Position numbers and translations under genes: made by a program
Part shown: positions 37,821 through 48,753 of the stretch, one piece after another
How the letters are laid out: each line of letters starts with the position of its first letter
Numbering within the stretch: position 1 is the first letter of the stretch
Notes under the pieces: model-generated
The model's input: only the letters and a program-made list of their open reading frames with translations
Told to the model about the DNA's origin: nothing
The model's database searches: none
DNA from: an uncultured Gammaproteobacteria bacterium
GTDB lineage: Bacteria > Pseudomonadota > Gammaproteobacteria > JAADGQ01
Assembly (NCBI GenBank): GCA_964468225.1
Contig: CAYXVC010000001.1
Span: 3,386-64,777, forward strand
Direction: 5' to 3'
DNA: 61,392 nt

Positions 37821-40481
37821 TTAAGCATGCAGAGGATTCGTTTTTTCAGTATCGATGCCATATTTTTCTATGGCTTTGGCAACTTTTTTAGCATCCATCT
37901 GACCTTCGTCAACCAGAGCCTTCAAAGCAGCAACCACAATATTCACTGCATTCACTTCAAAATGTTTACGCAGTTGTGCACGTGTATCGGAACGACCAAA
38001 ACCATCCGTTCCAAGCACCACATAACGACCCGGTATCCATTCACGAATCTGATCGGCATAGTTACGAATGTAATCCGTCGCGGCAATGAACGGTCCTTTA
38101 CGACCTTTTAAGGTTTGAGCAACAAAAGGGGTGCGGGCTTTTTTGGTTGGGTGCAGACGATTCCAACGTTCACAATCATTGGCCTCACGAGTTAACTCAT
38201 TAAAGCTTGTCGCACTAAAAATATCAGATTCCACACCCCAATCTTTTTTGAGAAGATCCGCCGCCGCAATCACTTCACGCAAGATCGTACCCGACCCCAT
38301 CAATTGCACTTTCAGTTTTGCCTTACCCCCAGTACTGAGTTCATACATTCCCTTGAGAATACCCTCTTCAGTACCCTTGGGCATGGCGGGATGTGTGTAG
38401 TTTTCATTCATGGTCGTCACGTAGTAGAAGACATTCTCCTGCTCTACATACATACGGCGCAGGCCATCCTGAATAATCACCGCCAGTTCATAATTGAATG
38501 TTGGATCGTAACTGACACAATTAGGAATCGTGTTCGCAGTCACAAGCCCATGGCCATCCTGATGCTGTAAACCTTCACCCGCCAATGTGGTGCGACCGGC
38601 TGTCGCGCCAATCAGAAAACCACGCGCCTGCATGTCACCCGCCGCCCAGGCCAGATCACCAATGCGCTGAAAGCCAAACATGGAATAATAGATATAGAAC
38701 GGAACCATATTCACCGCATGATTGGCATAAGAAGTTGCCGCTGCAATCCAGGAAGACATCGCACCCGCTTCATTGATTCCCTCTTCCAGAATCTGACCCG
38801 ATTTATCCTCTTTATAGAACATAATCTCGTCTTTATCTTGAGGTGTATAGAGCTGCCCCACAGAAGAGTAAATGCCCAACTGGCGAAACATGCCTTCCAT
38901 ACCAAAAGTACGCGCCTCGTCAGGCACGATAGGCACAACGTATTTGCCCATTTTTTTGTCGCGGCAAAGAATCGTCAACATGCGTACGTAAGCCATAGTC
39001 GTAGACATCTCTTTGTCGCCACTGCCTTTAAGCAGCGCATCAAAGACAGAGAGTTCAGGCACTTCCAAAGGCGCGGCAGTTTGATGACGCACTGGCAGAT
39101 AACCACCCAGCTCTTTACGACGCGCATGCATGTATTGCATTTCGGGGCTATCTTCTGCCGGTTTGTAATATTTGCCTGCGGCGGCATCTTCATCATTCAA
39201 CGGAATATTAAAACGATCACGTACATAGATCATTTCATCATCAGCGAGTTTCTTCTGTGAGTGTGTGCGATTTTGCGCTTCACCCGCAGCGCCCATTCCA
39301 TAACCTTTTACCGTATGAGCCAAAATAACCGTCGCCTGACCGCTATCAACAGCAGCCTTGTAAGCCGCGTACACTTTATGAGGATCATGACCGCCTCGAT
39401 TCAAACGCCACACATCAGCATCTGACATTTTGGAGACCATCTCCAATAACTCTGGATATTTACCAAAGAAATGCTGACGAACGTAAGCGCCATCTTTGGC
39501 TTTATAGTTCTGAAAATCACCATCCACGCACTCCAACATGCGTTTTTGCAATAAACCATTCTTATCTTTGGCAAGCAATGGATCCCAATAGGAACCCCAC
39601 AATACTTTGATGACATTCCATCCAGCACCACGAAAACCCGCTTCCAGCTCTTGAATAATCTTGCCGTTACCGCGCACAGGGCCATCGAGACGTTGTAGAT
39701 TGCAATTGACCACCCAGACCAGATTATCCAGTTTTTCACGGCCTGCGAGTGAAATCGCACCCAATGATTCAGGTTCATCCGTCTCACCATCACCAAGAAA
39801 GGCCCAGACTTTGCGCTGTTTGGTATCTGCCAAACCACGGTCTTGAAGGTATTTCATGAAACGCGCCTGATAGATTGACATAATCGGCCCCAGCCCCATA
39901 GAAACTGTGGGAAACTGCCAAAAGTCCGGCATCAGCCAAGGATGAGGATAAGAGGAGAGCCCATCACCATCGACCTCTTGACGAAACTTGTTCAGCTGAT
40001 CTTCGCTCAAACGACCTTCAAGGAAGGCACGCGCATAAGTTCCTGGAGAAGCGTGACCTTGTGAATAGATCAAATCACCACCATGTTCATGGCTGGGCGC
40101 TCGCCAGAAGTGATTAAAGCCCACATCATAAAGCACTGCGGCAGAAGCAAAAGTTGCGATATGCCCACCCAGTTCGCTTGACTTACGGTTTGCCTTCACC
40201 ACCATTGCCATCGCATTCCAGCGTATAAAGGAGCGAATGCGCTGCTCAATGGCCAAATCTCCCGGATGATGTGCTTCCATATGGGTTGGTATGGTATTTA
40301 CATAAGCCGTATTCGCAGAATAGGGCAGATTAGCACCTGAGCGACGCGCCTTATCTATCATCTGCTCTAACAGAAAATGGGCTCGTTCAACGCCTTCGTT
40401 TTCGATGACAGCTTCAAGAGCATCGATCCACTCCTGAGTTTCAACGGCATCAATATCAGGAATTTGTGATTGCTGAGACAT
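37821..40481 (-). CDS. aceE: Pyruvate dehydrogenase E1 component (homodimeric type)
   Basis: About 886 aa from MSQQSQIPDIDAVETQEWIDALE. ThDP motif GDGETDEPES. Collinear with E. coli AceE. Confidence 0.95.
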   Translation of the reverse strand: MSQQSQIPDIDAVETQEWIDALEAVIENEGVERAHFLLEQMIDKARRSGANLPYSANTAYVNTIPTHMEAHHPGDLAIEQRIRSFIRWNAMAMVVKANRKSSELGGHIATFASAAVLYDVGFNHFWRAPSHEHGGDLIYSQGHASPGTYARAFLEGRLSEDQLNKFRQEVDGDGLSSYPHPWLMPDFWQFPTVSMGLGPIMSIYQARFMKYLQDRGLADTKQRKVWAFLGDGETDEPESLGAISLAGREKLDNLVWVVNCNLQRLDGPVRGNGKIIQELEAGFRGAGWNVIKVLWGSYWDPLLAKDKNGLLQKRMLECVDGDFQNYKAKDGAYVRQHFFGKYPELLEMVSKMSDADVWRLNRGGHDPHKVYAAYKAAVDSGQATVILAHTVKGYGMGAAGEAQNRTHSQKKLADDEMIYVRDRFNIPLNDEDAAAGKYYKPAEDSPEMQYMHARRKELGGYLPVRHQTAAPLEVPELSVFDALLKGSGDKEMSTTMAYVRMLTILCRDKKMGKYVVPIVPDEARTFGMEGMFRQLGIYSSVGQLYTPQDKDEIMFYKEDKSGQILEEGINEAGAMSSWIAAATSYANHAVNMVPFYIYYSMFGFQRIGDLAWAAGDMQARGFLIGATAGRTTLAGEGLQHQDGHGLVTANTIPNCVSYDPTFNYELAVIIQDGLRRMYVEQENVFYYVTTMNENYTHPAMPKGTEEGILKGMYELSTGGKAKLKVQLMGSGTILREVIAAADLLKKDWGVESDIFSATSFNELTREANDCERWNRLHPTKKARTPFVAQTLKGRKGPFIAATDYIRNYADQIREWIPGRYVVLGTDGFGRSDTRAQLRKHFEVNAVNIVVAALKALVDEGQMDAKKVAKAIEKYGIDTEKTNPLHA

Positions 40482-40750
40482 ATGGTGACTACAACCTCGT
40501 ATTAATTTTGCCTGTTTTGAAGGCACAAAATAGCAGAAAAGGCCGCAATTCTACCTCTTTTTTCCATAAACAGGAAATCAAAGACACTTTGCAAACCTCA
40601 GTTTAAAAGGCACTGGCAAGGCACACATAGCTTTAGGTATCAAGAGATACACGATAACTTCACTGAATTGGCTTTGTATTCTAACTGCTATTGTTTCCAC
40701 TGCATTTTATAAATAAGGAGCGCTTCAAAAAAACAGGGGAAAATCCATAG

Positions 40751-40794
40751 CAACAGTGTATAGTTATACTGTTGTTTAGCATACACTTTATAAT
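40751..40794 (+). promoter_or_regulatory. Palindrome plus consensus -10 hexamer upstream of the GGDEF gene
   Basis: CAACAGT-N10-ACTGTTG at 40751-40774, followed by TATAAT at 40789-40794, 30 nt before the ATG. Confidence 0.3.
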
Positions 40795-40823
40795 ATTAAT
40801 TCAATTATCATAAAACCACTACC

Positions 40824-41849
40824 ATGGATATACTCGACTCTGTAGCCAAAGTTACAGAACAGAAAGACAAGGATTCACTGGAGATCAGTTTAGTCACAAC
40901 CCTTGCTGAACTTTATCAACCTACATCCATTCGCCTGCTAAAAATCACTAATACACAAACTAACACTGAAGCCTTGGTCAGCATGGCTTATCATTCCACC
41001 AGTAAAACCGTCAATACTTCTGTTTTAGAAAAAATTCCTATCGATCAAGACGACAGCTTGCAATATTGCCTCACTCATACCGAACCCGTTATTGATACTG
41101 CTTACCATAACCAGTCCATCCGTGCGATTTACCCGATATTTAATAACCAAAACACTGTTATTGGTTTTATTGAACTTGTCACCCCATCGTTTGATGAAAC
41201 TCAAAACAAATTTGTAACAGCATTTATGAAAATTTATCGTAATTATTTACGCATCATGGATGAAAGTAATCACGATGAGCTCACAGGTTTACTCAACAGA
41301 AAAACCTTTGATTCAAACTTTCAAAAAATTCTTCTGGAAGCTAAAGCTATTGAACAAAAAAGCCACAAACGCCGCAAAATAGAAAAAAATAACTACTACT
41401 GGCTTGCTATTGCAGATATCGACCATTTCAAACAGGTCAATGATGCGTATGGCCATCTGTTTGGTGACGAAGTATTGATACTCTTAACCAATATCATGCG
41501 AAATACATTTAGAAATAACGACAAGCTCTATCGTTTTGGTGGTGAAGAATTTGTTATTATTTTATCTCCCACAGATGCCTTCGGTGCCAAATGCGCTTTT
41601 GAGCAATTCAAAAAAGCCGTCGAAAGCTACAAGTTTCCAAAGATAAAAAAAATCACCATCAGCCTAGGTTTTACCCAAATAAAACCGCTGGGCACACCTA
41701 TTAGCACTATTGATAAAGCCGATGCAGCGCTCTATTACGCAAAAAAACATGGACGCAACAGCACCTATGAGTATGAGCAACTGGTGGCGGATGGAAAACT
41801 TGCTCCAGTAACAATTCATACCGAAGATATTGAAATTTTTAATGATTGA
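40824..41849 (+). CDS. Diguanylate cyclase (N-terminal GAF-like sensor + GGDEF)
   Basis: Active site RFGGEEF, with an I-site RNND five residues upstream. DELTGLLNR linker motif. Confidence 0.88.
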   Translation: MDILDSVAKVTEQKDKDSLEISLVTTLAELYQPTSIRLLKITNTQTNTEALVSMAYHSTSKTVNTSVLEKIPIDQDDSLQYCLTHTEPVIDTAYHNQSIRAIYPIFNNQNTVIGFIELVTPSFDETQNKFVTAFMKIYRNYLRIMDESNHDELTGLLNRKTFDSNFQKILLEAKAIEQKSHKRRKIEKNNYYWLAIADIDHFKQVNDAYGHLFGDEVLILLTNIMRNTFRNNDKLYRFGGEEFVIILSPTDAFGAKCAFEQFKKAVESYKFPKIKKITISLGFTQIKPLGTPISTIDKADAALYYAKKHGRNSTYEYEQLVADGKLAPVTIHTEDIEIFND

Positions 41850-42654
41850 CCCGCTCCAACAACAGATTTAAATTCCTCAAAATATCAGGCCATTTTTCCA
41901 CCCAACAACAACTATGATCTCCCTGAACGCTCACCAGCTTCGCTTCGAACTGTCGATCTACCACGGGCTTGAGCCATTGCATTTGAATATTACGATCGTC
42001 TTCCGCAACATAGTGCAGTTGCTTTATTTTGTCTGAAAGCGGTGGACGTAAGGCAGGATCCAAAGAGCCTTTCAATGGACTGTAACCATGAAATGATGTC
42101 CATTTTTCAACATCAAGATTTGCTGCAAGTGTCACAACCGCTTGAACTTTATCAAATCGCTCTGCCAGCAACATTGCTAATACACCACCACCACTGTGCC
42201 CCATCAGCACGACCGAATCATACTTTTCAGAAAAGCGTGCGAGTACAATAGCCATGCTATCCACTACTGCTTTGGAATAACGGCGATGTGTCCACCATAT
42301 CGGTGAACAAGGTGAAGATCGCTCAAAATAGCAGGGACGACCCAGATAGATAGCTGGCGCATCATCCAGCGCCATAAGATCCAGCATCAATGCATGACGC
42401 GGAGTGGGATCCAGCGAGACCTGATTTTTATACCGCCAGGGACGGCCATCGCCCTCAATATAAACATGCAATATATGTCCTTTACCTGGTTTAGAAAGAA
42501 CCACATGCTGAAATAAGCCGCCTTTTATTTTTTCAGAATGAAGGCCAAAGCGATCAGATAAATCATTATATGTTGGAATAGAGCTACAACCACTCACAAA
42601 CAAAAGCAAGCACCCGAACAACCACCAACCCTTCGTTTTAAATAAAAAAATCAA
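41839..42654 (-). CDS. Alpha/beta hydrolase lipoprotein
   Basis: Lipobox FVSGC, nucleophile elbow GHSGGG. TTG start (no upstream ATG). 11-nt 3' overlap with the convergent GGDEF gene. Confidence 0.65.
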   Translation of the reverse strand: MIFLFKTKGWWLFGCLLLFVSGCSSIPTYNDLSDRFGLHSEKIKGGLFQHVVLSKPGKGHILHVYIEGDGRPWRYKNQVSLDPTPRHALMLDLMALDDAPAIYLGRPCYFERSSPCSPIWWTHRRYSKAVVDSMAIVLARFSEKYDSVVLMGHSGGGVLAMLLAERFDKVQAVVTLAANLDVEKWTSFHGYSPLKGSLDPALRPPLSDKIKQLHYVAEDDRNIQMQWLKPVVDRQFEAKLVSVQGDHSCCWVEKWPDILRNLNLLLERVNH

Positions 42655-42764
42655 GTTTTTCCTACTGAATTATTGCAAAAAGAAAAAGGGTCAAATATCA
42701 TATCCACGCCTGACTCTTTACCCATAAGTTTCAATAACCCTGAATGAGCTGTGTGTTAAATACC

Positions 42765-43003
42765 CTAAACCGCACCAAAGCTCGTCACTATTTTTTTGCT
42801 ACGCCGCTCAATGATGCTCTGTATTTCACGAGTCACACCTGCTTCACCAAATTCTCGTTCAAATTTCTATGCTAATTTGATAGTGGCATCGCTATGGAAG
42901 AGCTTAACCAGGATTGAGCATATTGAAAAACAAAGCAGAGCTGCTCATCCAACCAGAGCCGCCCCACACAGTTATGATTCAGATATACCGAGAGAGCAGC
43001 CAT
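42765..43003 (-). pseudogene. hipA: hipA remnant: N-terminal ~44 codons, stop, then a frameshifted possible C-terminal ~33 codons; kinase core missing
   Basis: MAALSVYLNHNCVGRLWLDEQLCFVFQYAQSWLSSSIAMPLSN* aligns with the E. coli HipA N-terminus (..VTWMNNQRVGEL...FKYAPEWLASRYARPLS). The downstream frame KFEREFGEAGVTREIQSIIERR.. resembles the HipA C-terminal helix region; this part is tentative. The start overlaps the hipB stop. Confidence 0.5.
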
Positions 43004-43275
43004 CACCCCCAACCTCTGTTTCGGTAACCCCGAGGCTGCAAGCTCAGCTCTAAGCCTAAACATTGAATAACACTCAGCACCTTACCCAGCTCAGCAGTTT
43101 CTTTGCCATTTTCCAAATCTGAAACAAAACGCACCCCAACGCCACAGAACGCTGCAAATTCAGCTTGTGTCGCACCCTGCTGTTTACGAGCCTCACGTAC
43201 GATATAACCCACATCTTGTGAAGATAAAATATTCCCGTACAGTAATTTATCACCCAAACCCATAGCCTTACTCAT
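43003..43275 (-). CDS. hipB: XRE-family HTH antitoxin (HipB / Y4mF-like)
   Basis: HTH IVREARKQQGATQAEFAAFCGVGVRFVSDLENGK, ending ..LGLELSL. It directly precedes the hipA fragment. Confidence 0.7.
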   Translation of the reverse strand: MSKAMGLGDKLLYGNILSSQDVGYIVREARKQQGATQAEFAAFCGVGVRFVSDLENGKETAELGKVLSVIQCLGLELSLQPRGYRNRGWG

Positions 43276-43305
43276 AAATTATTCCCGTACAGGAAATATA
43301 ACTTA

Positions 43306-44193
43306 TCAAACTATATCCAATAGAGCGTCCTCTAATTTTTCATATTGAAATTGATACCCTGCATTCAGAATTTTTGTTGGCAATATTTGCTTTCCTGATA
43401 GTAATAACTCTTCTCCCATTTGACCCATTAATAGTTTTACAACGACCGCAGGCATAGGCAAAATAGTTGGGCGTTTTAGTGTCTTACCCAGCGTTTTTGT
43501 AAATACCCAGTTTGTTACAGGATTAGGTGATGTGCCATTAATAGCACCTTTCAGAGCATCATGATCAATACAATATAAAATAATACCCACCAAATCATCT
43601 AAATGAATCCAGGGCATCCACTGCTTACCTCCGCCTATTCTTCCCCCCAGGCACATTTTAAAAGGTGGCAACATTTTACTTAATGCGCCGCCTCCTTTTC
43701 CCAGAACAATGCCTGTACGCAATAAACAAGTGCGAATTCCAAGTGCTTGCGCCTGTAAGGCAGCTGCCTCCCATTGCTGGCATAACTGGCTGGAAAAACT
43801 ATCATCTCCCGACCCTGTTTCATCAACAGTATCGCTGGTTTCACCAACGCCATAATAACCAATAGCAGAACCGCTTATCAGCAATTCAGGTTTATGTTCT
43901 ATGGTTTTAAAATAGGTGATAAGCTTTTGTGTTGTATCAAGGCGGCTACTGAAAATACGTTGTTTTTGTTGATCACTCCATCGCTTATTAGCAATAGGTT
44001 CACCCGCCAGATTGATCACGACATCAAAAATAACATCACTCTTTAACTGTTCAAGATCACTAATCCCTGTAACAGGCAATTTAATTTTATCCGAGTGTCT
44101 ACTCAGCACGACAATATCATGCTTGTCTTTCAGTAAGCGGGAGCAAAGGGCAGAACCAATAAATCCTGTAGCGCCAGTAATTAAAAAATTCAT
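43306..44193 (-). CDS. TIGR01777-type epimerase family protein (YfcH-like, SDR39U1)
   Basis: Start at MNFLITGATGFIGSAL, preceded by GGAGAG. C-terminal DUF1731-like region ..LNAGYQFQYEKLEDAL. Confidence 0.8.
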   Translation of the reverse strand: MNFLITGATGFIGSALCSRLLKDKHDIVVLSRHSDKIKLPVTGISDLEQLKSDVIFDVVINLAGEPIANKRWSDQQKQRIFSSRLDTTQKLITYFKTIEHKPELLISGSAIGYYGVGETSDTVDETGSGDDSFSSQLCQQWEAAALQAQALGIRTCLLRTGIVLGKGGGALSKMLPPFKMCLGGRIGGGKQWMPWIHLDDLVGIILYCIDHDALKGAINGTSPNPVTNWVFTKTLGKTLKRPTILPMPAVVVKLLMGQMGEELLLSGKQILPTKILNAGYQFQYEKLEDALLDIV

Positions 44194-44272
44194 TTGACTC
44201 TCCATAAAATTAATACTTAATATCCCAAGTTTACCTGAATAAATCAACGAGACCTCTGTGTCAGGATACCTC

Positions 44273-45238
44273 ATGAAATTTTTAAAAATAGTATCAGGCT
44301 TTTTTTCTATGATCGGGTTAGCCTCATGCATTCAAATTCCACAAACAATTCAGTTTGATGAGTCAATACCATTCACCGAAATTGATGGTTATAAATTTCA
44401 TACAGAAATATTTGGAAAACCGGCCTCTCCACCTATTATAGTGGTTCACGGCGGCCCTGGCGGTGATTACGAATACCTGAAATCATTAAAGAATCTATCC
44501 CGGAATTACAGGGTCATTTTTTACGACCAGCGAGGAAATGGACTTTCTCCACGAGTTGATAAAAAGCAGTTGACACTGGAAAGTAATCTGGATGATTTGC
44601 ATTCGATCATTGAGCACTTTTCAAATGGAGAAAAAGTCAAACTGATTGGGCATTCATGGGGTGGTATGCTTGTTGTGGGTTATCTATCTAAACACCCGAA
44701 CAAGGTGTCACAAGCTGTGATTGTTGAGCCCGGAATGCTTGGCCCGGAATCGGCCAAAGTATTCGTGAATAAAATGAAGGAATCGCAGTCAATTTCGGGT
44801 CTGTTTTCGCTCATAAAATATATCAGTGCTTATCCATTGATTAAAAAGCAGGATGGGCACGAGGGCTATGATTATGTGATGACTAAAATATTAAACCTCA
44901 ATAAACCGGGCACTCCTTATCAGTGCAAAAACCAATCCATGCCACCGAATGCATTCAAGCGCGGTGGTTATGAGGCATTTAATAACATGTTAAAACCTGT
45001 GATGGATAACCCCGATTCATTTACCTATGATTTAACAGAAAACATATCCGAATACCGAGGTGATTTAATGTTAATCAGTAGTGAATGCAGTGAGTTTGGT
45101 TATACCTTTCAGGAAAAATATCATCTACCCAAACTTCCCAACCAAACCATCCACATTAAAGCTGAGGACATGGGGCATAATATGATCACTCTAAACCCGA
45201 AATGGAGCCTTGAAACAATTGAAGGTTTTTTCAATTAA
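44273..45238 (+). CDS. Alpha/beta hydrolase lipoprotein (proline iminopeptidase-like)
   Basis: Lipobox GLASC, HGGPGG oxyanion motif, GHSWGG nucleophile elbow. Confidence 0.75.
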   Translation: MKFLKIVSGFFSMIGLASCIQIPQTIQFDESIPFTEIDGYKFHTEIFGKPASPPIIVVHGGPGGDYEYLKSLKNLSRNYRVIFYDQRGNGLSPRVDKKQLTLESNLDDLHSIIEHFSNGEKVKLIGHSWGGMLVVGYLSKHPNKVSQAVIVEPGMLGPESAKVFVNKMKESQSISGLFSLIKYISAYPLIKKQDGHEGYDYVMTKILNLNKPGTPYQCKNQSMPPNAFKRGGYEAFNNMLKPVMDNPDSFTYDLTENISEYRGDLMLISSECSEFGYTFQEKYHLPKLPNQTIHIKAEDMGHNMITLNPKWSLETIEGFFN

Positions 45239-45239
45239 A

Positions 45240-46379
45240 GTGAGGGTAATCATAGCGCTAATTTTCGCAGTGATGACAATGAGCTTTTCAGCAACATCTA
45301 TCGGTAAAGAAGTGGCGCAAAAAAACAGAATAGTCACGGAGCTGCTTAATAAAATCTCAGAGCCGATTGAACCAGGGATTCAATATGTTGTTGTCGATAA
45401 AAATTCCACTGTTTTTGAAGGTAGTGTGGGTCTATCGGATATTAAGAAAAACGTGCCTTTGAGCCTAAGCCATACCATGGCGGCTTTCTCCATGACAAAA
45501 ACACTCACAGCAATTGCGGTGTTGCAGTTGTTTGAACAAAGTAAAATCAACCTTGATGGTAAAGTATCAGAATATATTCAGCATCCATATAACTCTGAAA
45601 TTACGATAAGGCAGCTATTGAATCACACGTCGGGTATCCCCAATCCAATACCACTCAAATGGGTTCACCTCGCAGATAAGCATTATGACTTTGATGAAAG
45701 CAAGGCCTTTGCTGAAATTCTCAAAGAGCATTCAGATCTGGATACTCAGCCCGGTACGGAATATAGTTATTCAAATATTGGGTATTGGTTGCTAGGCAAA
45801 CTGATTGAGAATGTGAGCGGTAAAAGTTACACAGATTATGTCACTGAAAATATTTTTAAACCGCTGGCGTTGAGCACAGATGAAGCGGGTTTCTTGATCC
45901 CGAACAATCATCATGCAAAAGGGTATTTGAAAAAGTGGTCATTTATGAATTTATTGGGTCGATTTTTTATTGATAGGGATGTGTTGGGAGATTATGAAGG
46001 ACGTTGGCTGCATATTAAAAACATCTATCTGAATGGCCCCTCTTTTGGCGGAGCAATAGGCACTGCAGAATCTTTTGGAAAAATACTGCAGGATTTGCTT
46101 TCTGAGCAATCAAAGCTTCTCCAGCCGAAAAGCAAGCAGTTACTCTACTCACAACAAGTCACGAAATCAGAAAAGAAAATAGCGATGACGCTCGGGTGGC
46201 ACATCAGTCAGCTCAATGGCGAGACCTACTATTACAAAGAAGGCGGTGGAGCAGGTTTTCATAGTGAAATGCGCATCTACCCTGAAAGCGGTTTGGCATC
46301 CGTTTTAATGACAAACAGAACCTCATTTAATTCAAGAAAAATCCTGAGTGAACTTGATACTAATTTTGTAGAAAATTAA
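45240..46379 (+). CDS. Serine hydrolase, class C beta-lactamase/PBP-like family
   Basis: S-x-x-K motif FSMTKT and YSN motif (YSYSNIGY). I chose the GTG start at 45240 because it gives a signal-like N-terminus. The start is uncertain (track ORF begins at 45210). Confidence 0.75.
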   Translation: MRVIIALIFAVMTMSFSATSIGKEVAQKNRIVTELLNKISEPIEPGIQYVVVDKNSTVFEGSVGLSDIKKNVPLSLSHTMAAFSMTKTLTAIAVLQLFEQSKINLDGKVSEYIQHPYNSEITIRQLLNHTSGIPNPIPLKWVHLADKHYDFDESKAFAEILKEHSDLDTQPGTEYSYSNIGYWLLGKLIENVSGKSYTDYVTENIFKPLALSTDEAGFLIPNNHHAKGYLKKWSFMNLLGRFFIDRDVLGDYEGRWLHIKNIYLNGPSFGGAIGTAESFGKILQDLLSEQSKLLQPKSKQLLYSQQVTKSEKKIAMTLGWHISQLNGETYYYKEGGGAGFHSEMRIYPESGLASVLMTNRTSFNSRKILSELDTNFVEN

Positions 46380-46397
46380 AAATAAAAAGGAATACTT

Positions 46398-47324
46398 GTG
46401 ACCCCCATCATCTCGATCCAAAACCTGACTAAAAAGTACGATTCAGGTTTGCTGGCACTAAAAAACATCAACTTGGATATCTACCATGGAGAAATTTTGG
46501 CTCTTTTGGGACCAAATGGTGCGGGCAAAACAACGCTGATCAGCATCATCTGTGGTCTCGTCACACCCAGCGAAGGCACTGTTTCAGTCGATGGTCATAA
46601 CATTATTACAGACTTTCGTAGCGCTCGATCAAAAATTGGTTTAGTGCCGCAGGAGCTATCGACCGCCACTTTTGAAAGCGTCTGGGATACAATGAATTTC
46701 AGTCGTGGTCTGTTTGGAAAACCGACAAATCATGACTTTATAGAAAAAATACTGCGTGATCTCTCGCTCTGGGACAAAAGAAAAGAGAGAATCATGACAT
46801 TATCGGGCGGCATGAAACGTCGTGTTTTGATCGCTAAAGCACTTTCTCACGAACCGACGATTCTGTTCCTCGACGAACCCACTGCCGGTGTCGATGTCGA
46901 ACTGCGCCGAGACATGTGGAAGATGGTTCAAGAACTGCGTGAAAACGGTGTCACCATTATTTTGACCACACATTACATTGAAGAAGCCGAAGAGATGGCC
47001 GACCGAATTGGTATCATCAACAAGGGTGAAATCATCATGGTCGAAGATAAAGATGTGCTGATGAATAAGCTCGGCAAGAAGCAACTCTCTTTGACCTTGC
47101 AAAACCCGCTCAACGATCTTCCCATGGAGCTTTCAGAATATTCACTGGATTTATCAAAGGAGGGGCATATTCTCACCTACACTTTTGACCCCCAGAAAGA
47201 ACACACTGGCATCCCCGAACTATTACGTCAATTAGGTCAACTCGGCATCGACTTTAAAGACCTTCAGTCCAGTGAAAGCTCATTGGAAGAGATCTTTGTT
47301 AATCTGGTAAAGGAAAAATCATGA
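46398..47324 (+). CDS. ABC transporter ATP-binding protein (ABC-2 type, YadG-like)
   Basis: Walker [10 protein letters not shown], signature LSGGMKRR, Walker [12 protein letters not shown] start with AAGGAA upstream. Confidence 0.9.
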   Translation: MTPIISIQNLTKKYDSGLLALKNINLDIYHGEILALLGPNGAGKTTLISIICGLVTPSEGTVSVDGHNIITDFRSARSKIGLVPQELSTATFESVWDTMNFSRGLFGKPTNHDFIEKILRDLSLWDKRKERIMTLSGGMKRRVLIAKALSHEPTILFLDEPTAGVDVELRRDMWKMVQELRENGVTIILTTHYIEEAEEMADRIGIINKGEIIMVEDKDVLMNKLGKKQLSLTLQNPLNDLPMELSEYSLDLSKEGHILTYTFDPQKEHTGIPELLRQLGQLGIDFKDLQSSESSLEEIFVNLVKEKS

Positions 47325-48082
47325 ACCTCTATGGAATTCGTGCCATCTATCTATTCGAAATGGCGCGTACTTGGCGAACATTGCTACAAAGCCTCGTCTC
47401 TCCGATTCTCTCCACATCGCTCTACTTTGTGGTTTTTGGTGCGGCAATCGGTTCACGCATGGGCGAGATCAACGGCATCAGTTATGGTGCTTTCATCATT
47501 CCTGGCTTGCTCATGCTATCACTGCTTAATGAAAGCATTTCCAATGCCTCTTTCGGCATCTATTTTCCGAAATTTTCAGGCACAATCTACGAAATTCTTT
47601 CAGCACCCGTTTCGTATATTGAAGTTGTCATCGGCTTCGTTGGTGCGGCGGCGACCAAATCCATCCTGCTTGGTTTATTGATACTGCTGACCGCGAACCT
47701 ATTTGTGGATTATGAAATCGCACACCCGCTTTGGATGCTCTTTTTTCTAGTGCTCACGGCTATCACATTCAGTCTGTTCGGTTTTATCATCGGTTTATGG
47801 GCGGACGATTTTCAAAAATTACAGATCATCCCGATGATGGTCGTTATGCCTCTCACCTTTCTGGGTGGCGCTTTTTATTCCATCGATATGCTACCAGAAC
47901 CGTGGCAAACCGTCACGCTGTTCAACCCTGTGGTCTACCTGATTAGTGGTTTTCGCTGGAGTTTTTACGGCATCGCCGATGTCAACATTATCGCCAGTAT
48001 CGGAATGATCTTTGCTTTTATGTTTCTCTGTCTGACAACCATTTGGTGGATATTCAAAACAGGGTATCGGCTGAAGAGTTAA
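47321..48082 (+). CDS. ABC-2 type transporter permease (YadH-like)
   Basis: 6-TM protein. ATGA overlap with the ATPase gene. Confidence 0.85.
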   Translation: MNLYGIRAIYLFEMARTWRTLLQSLVSPILSTSLYFVVFGAAIGSRMGEINGISYGAFIIPGLLMLSLLNESISNASFGIYFPKFSGTIYEILSAPVSYIEVVIGFVGAAATKSILLGLLILLTANLFVDYEIAHPLWMLFFLVLTAITFSLFGFIIGLWADDFQKLQIIPMMVVMPLTFLGGAFYSIDMLPEPWQTVTLFNPVVYLISGFRWSFYGIADVNIIASIGMIFAFMFLCLTTIWWIFKTGYRLKS

Positions 48083-48094
48083 AGGTATACCAAT

Positions 48095-48748
48095 ATGACG
48101 TACGATCTCTTTGAAGAGATACCTAATCCGAACCCTCAAACGATACATCTCGCAGAGGGCGCTCAAGTGCTGCCCAGCTTTGCCCGGGAAATGGACGACA
48201 GTCTGCTAAATGCTGTCAAACAGATCATCACCCAGGCACCTCTACGCCACATGACGACCCCGAACGGCTTTCAAATGTCAGTCGCCATGAGTAATTGCGG
48301 TCAACTGGGTTGGGTCAGTGATCGCAAAGGCTATCGCTATGAGCCTATTGATCCAATAACGAGAAAAACCTGGCCTACCCTACCTGGAATATTTCTCGAT
48401 CTGGCCAAAAAAGCAGCGTCATATACGGGGTTTGAAAATTTTTTACCAGACGCTTGTTTAATTAATTGTTACGAACCTGGAACGCGCTTATCTTTACATC
48501 AGGATAAAGATGAACATGATTCAAAAGCCCCGATCGTTTCTGTATCCCTTGGTCTTCCAGCAATTTTTTTATTCGGTGGATTACAACGTGAACATCCAGC
48601 AACACGCCACCGATTAGAACATGGTGATGTCGTTGTTTGGGGCGGCCCATCCCGTTTCGTCTACCACGGAATTGCACCACTTGCCAATGAATATCATTCC
48701 AAAGTAGGCCGTAAACGTATCAATCTTACATTCAGAAGAGTGTTTTAG
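48095..48748 (+). CDS. alkB: Fe(II)/2-oxoglutarate-dependent DNA repair dioxygenase AlkB
   Basis: HQDKDE (HxD), ...H..., RINLTFRRV. 217 aa. Confidence 0.88.
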   Translation: MTYDLFEEIPNPNPQTIHLAEGAQVLPSFAREMDDSLLNAVKQIITQAPLRHMTTPNGFQMSVAMSNCGQLGWVSDRKGYRYEPIDPITRKTWPTLPGIFLDLAKKAASYTGFENFLPDACLINCYEPGTRLSLHQDKDEHDSKAPIVSVSLGLPAIFLFGGLQREHPATRHRLEHGDVVVWGGPSRFVYHGIAPLANEYHSKVGRKRINLTFRRVF

Positions 48749-48753
48749 AATTT

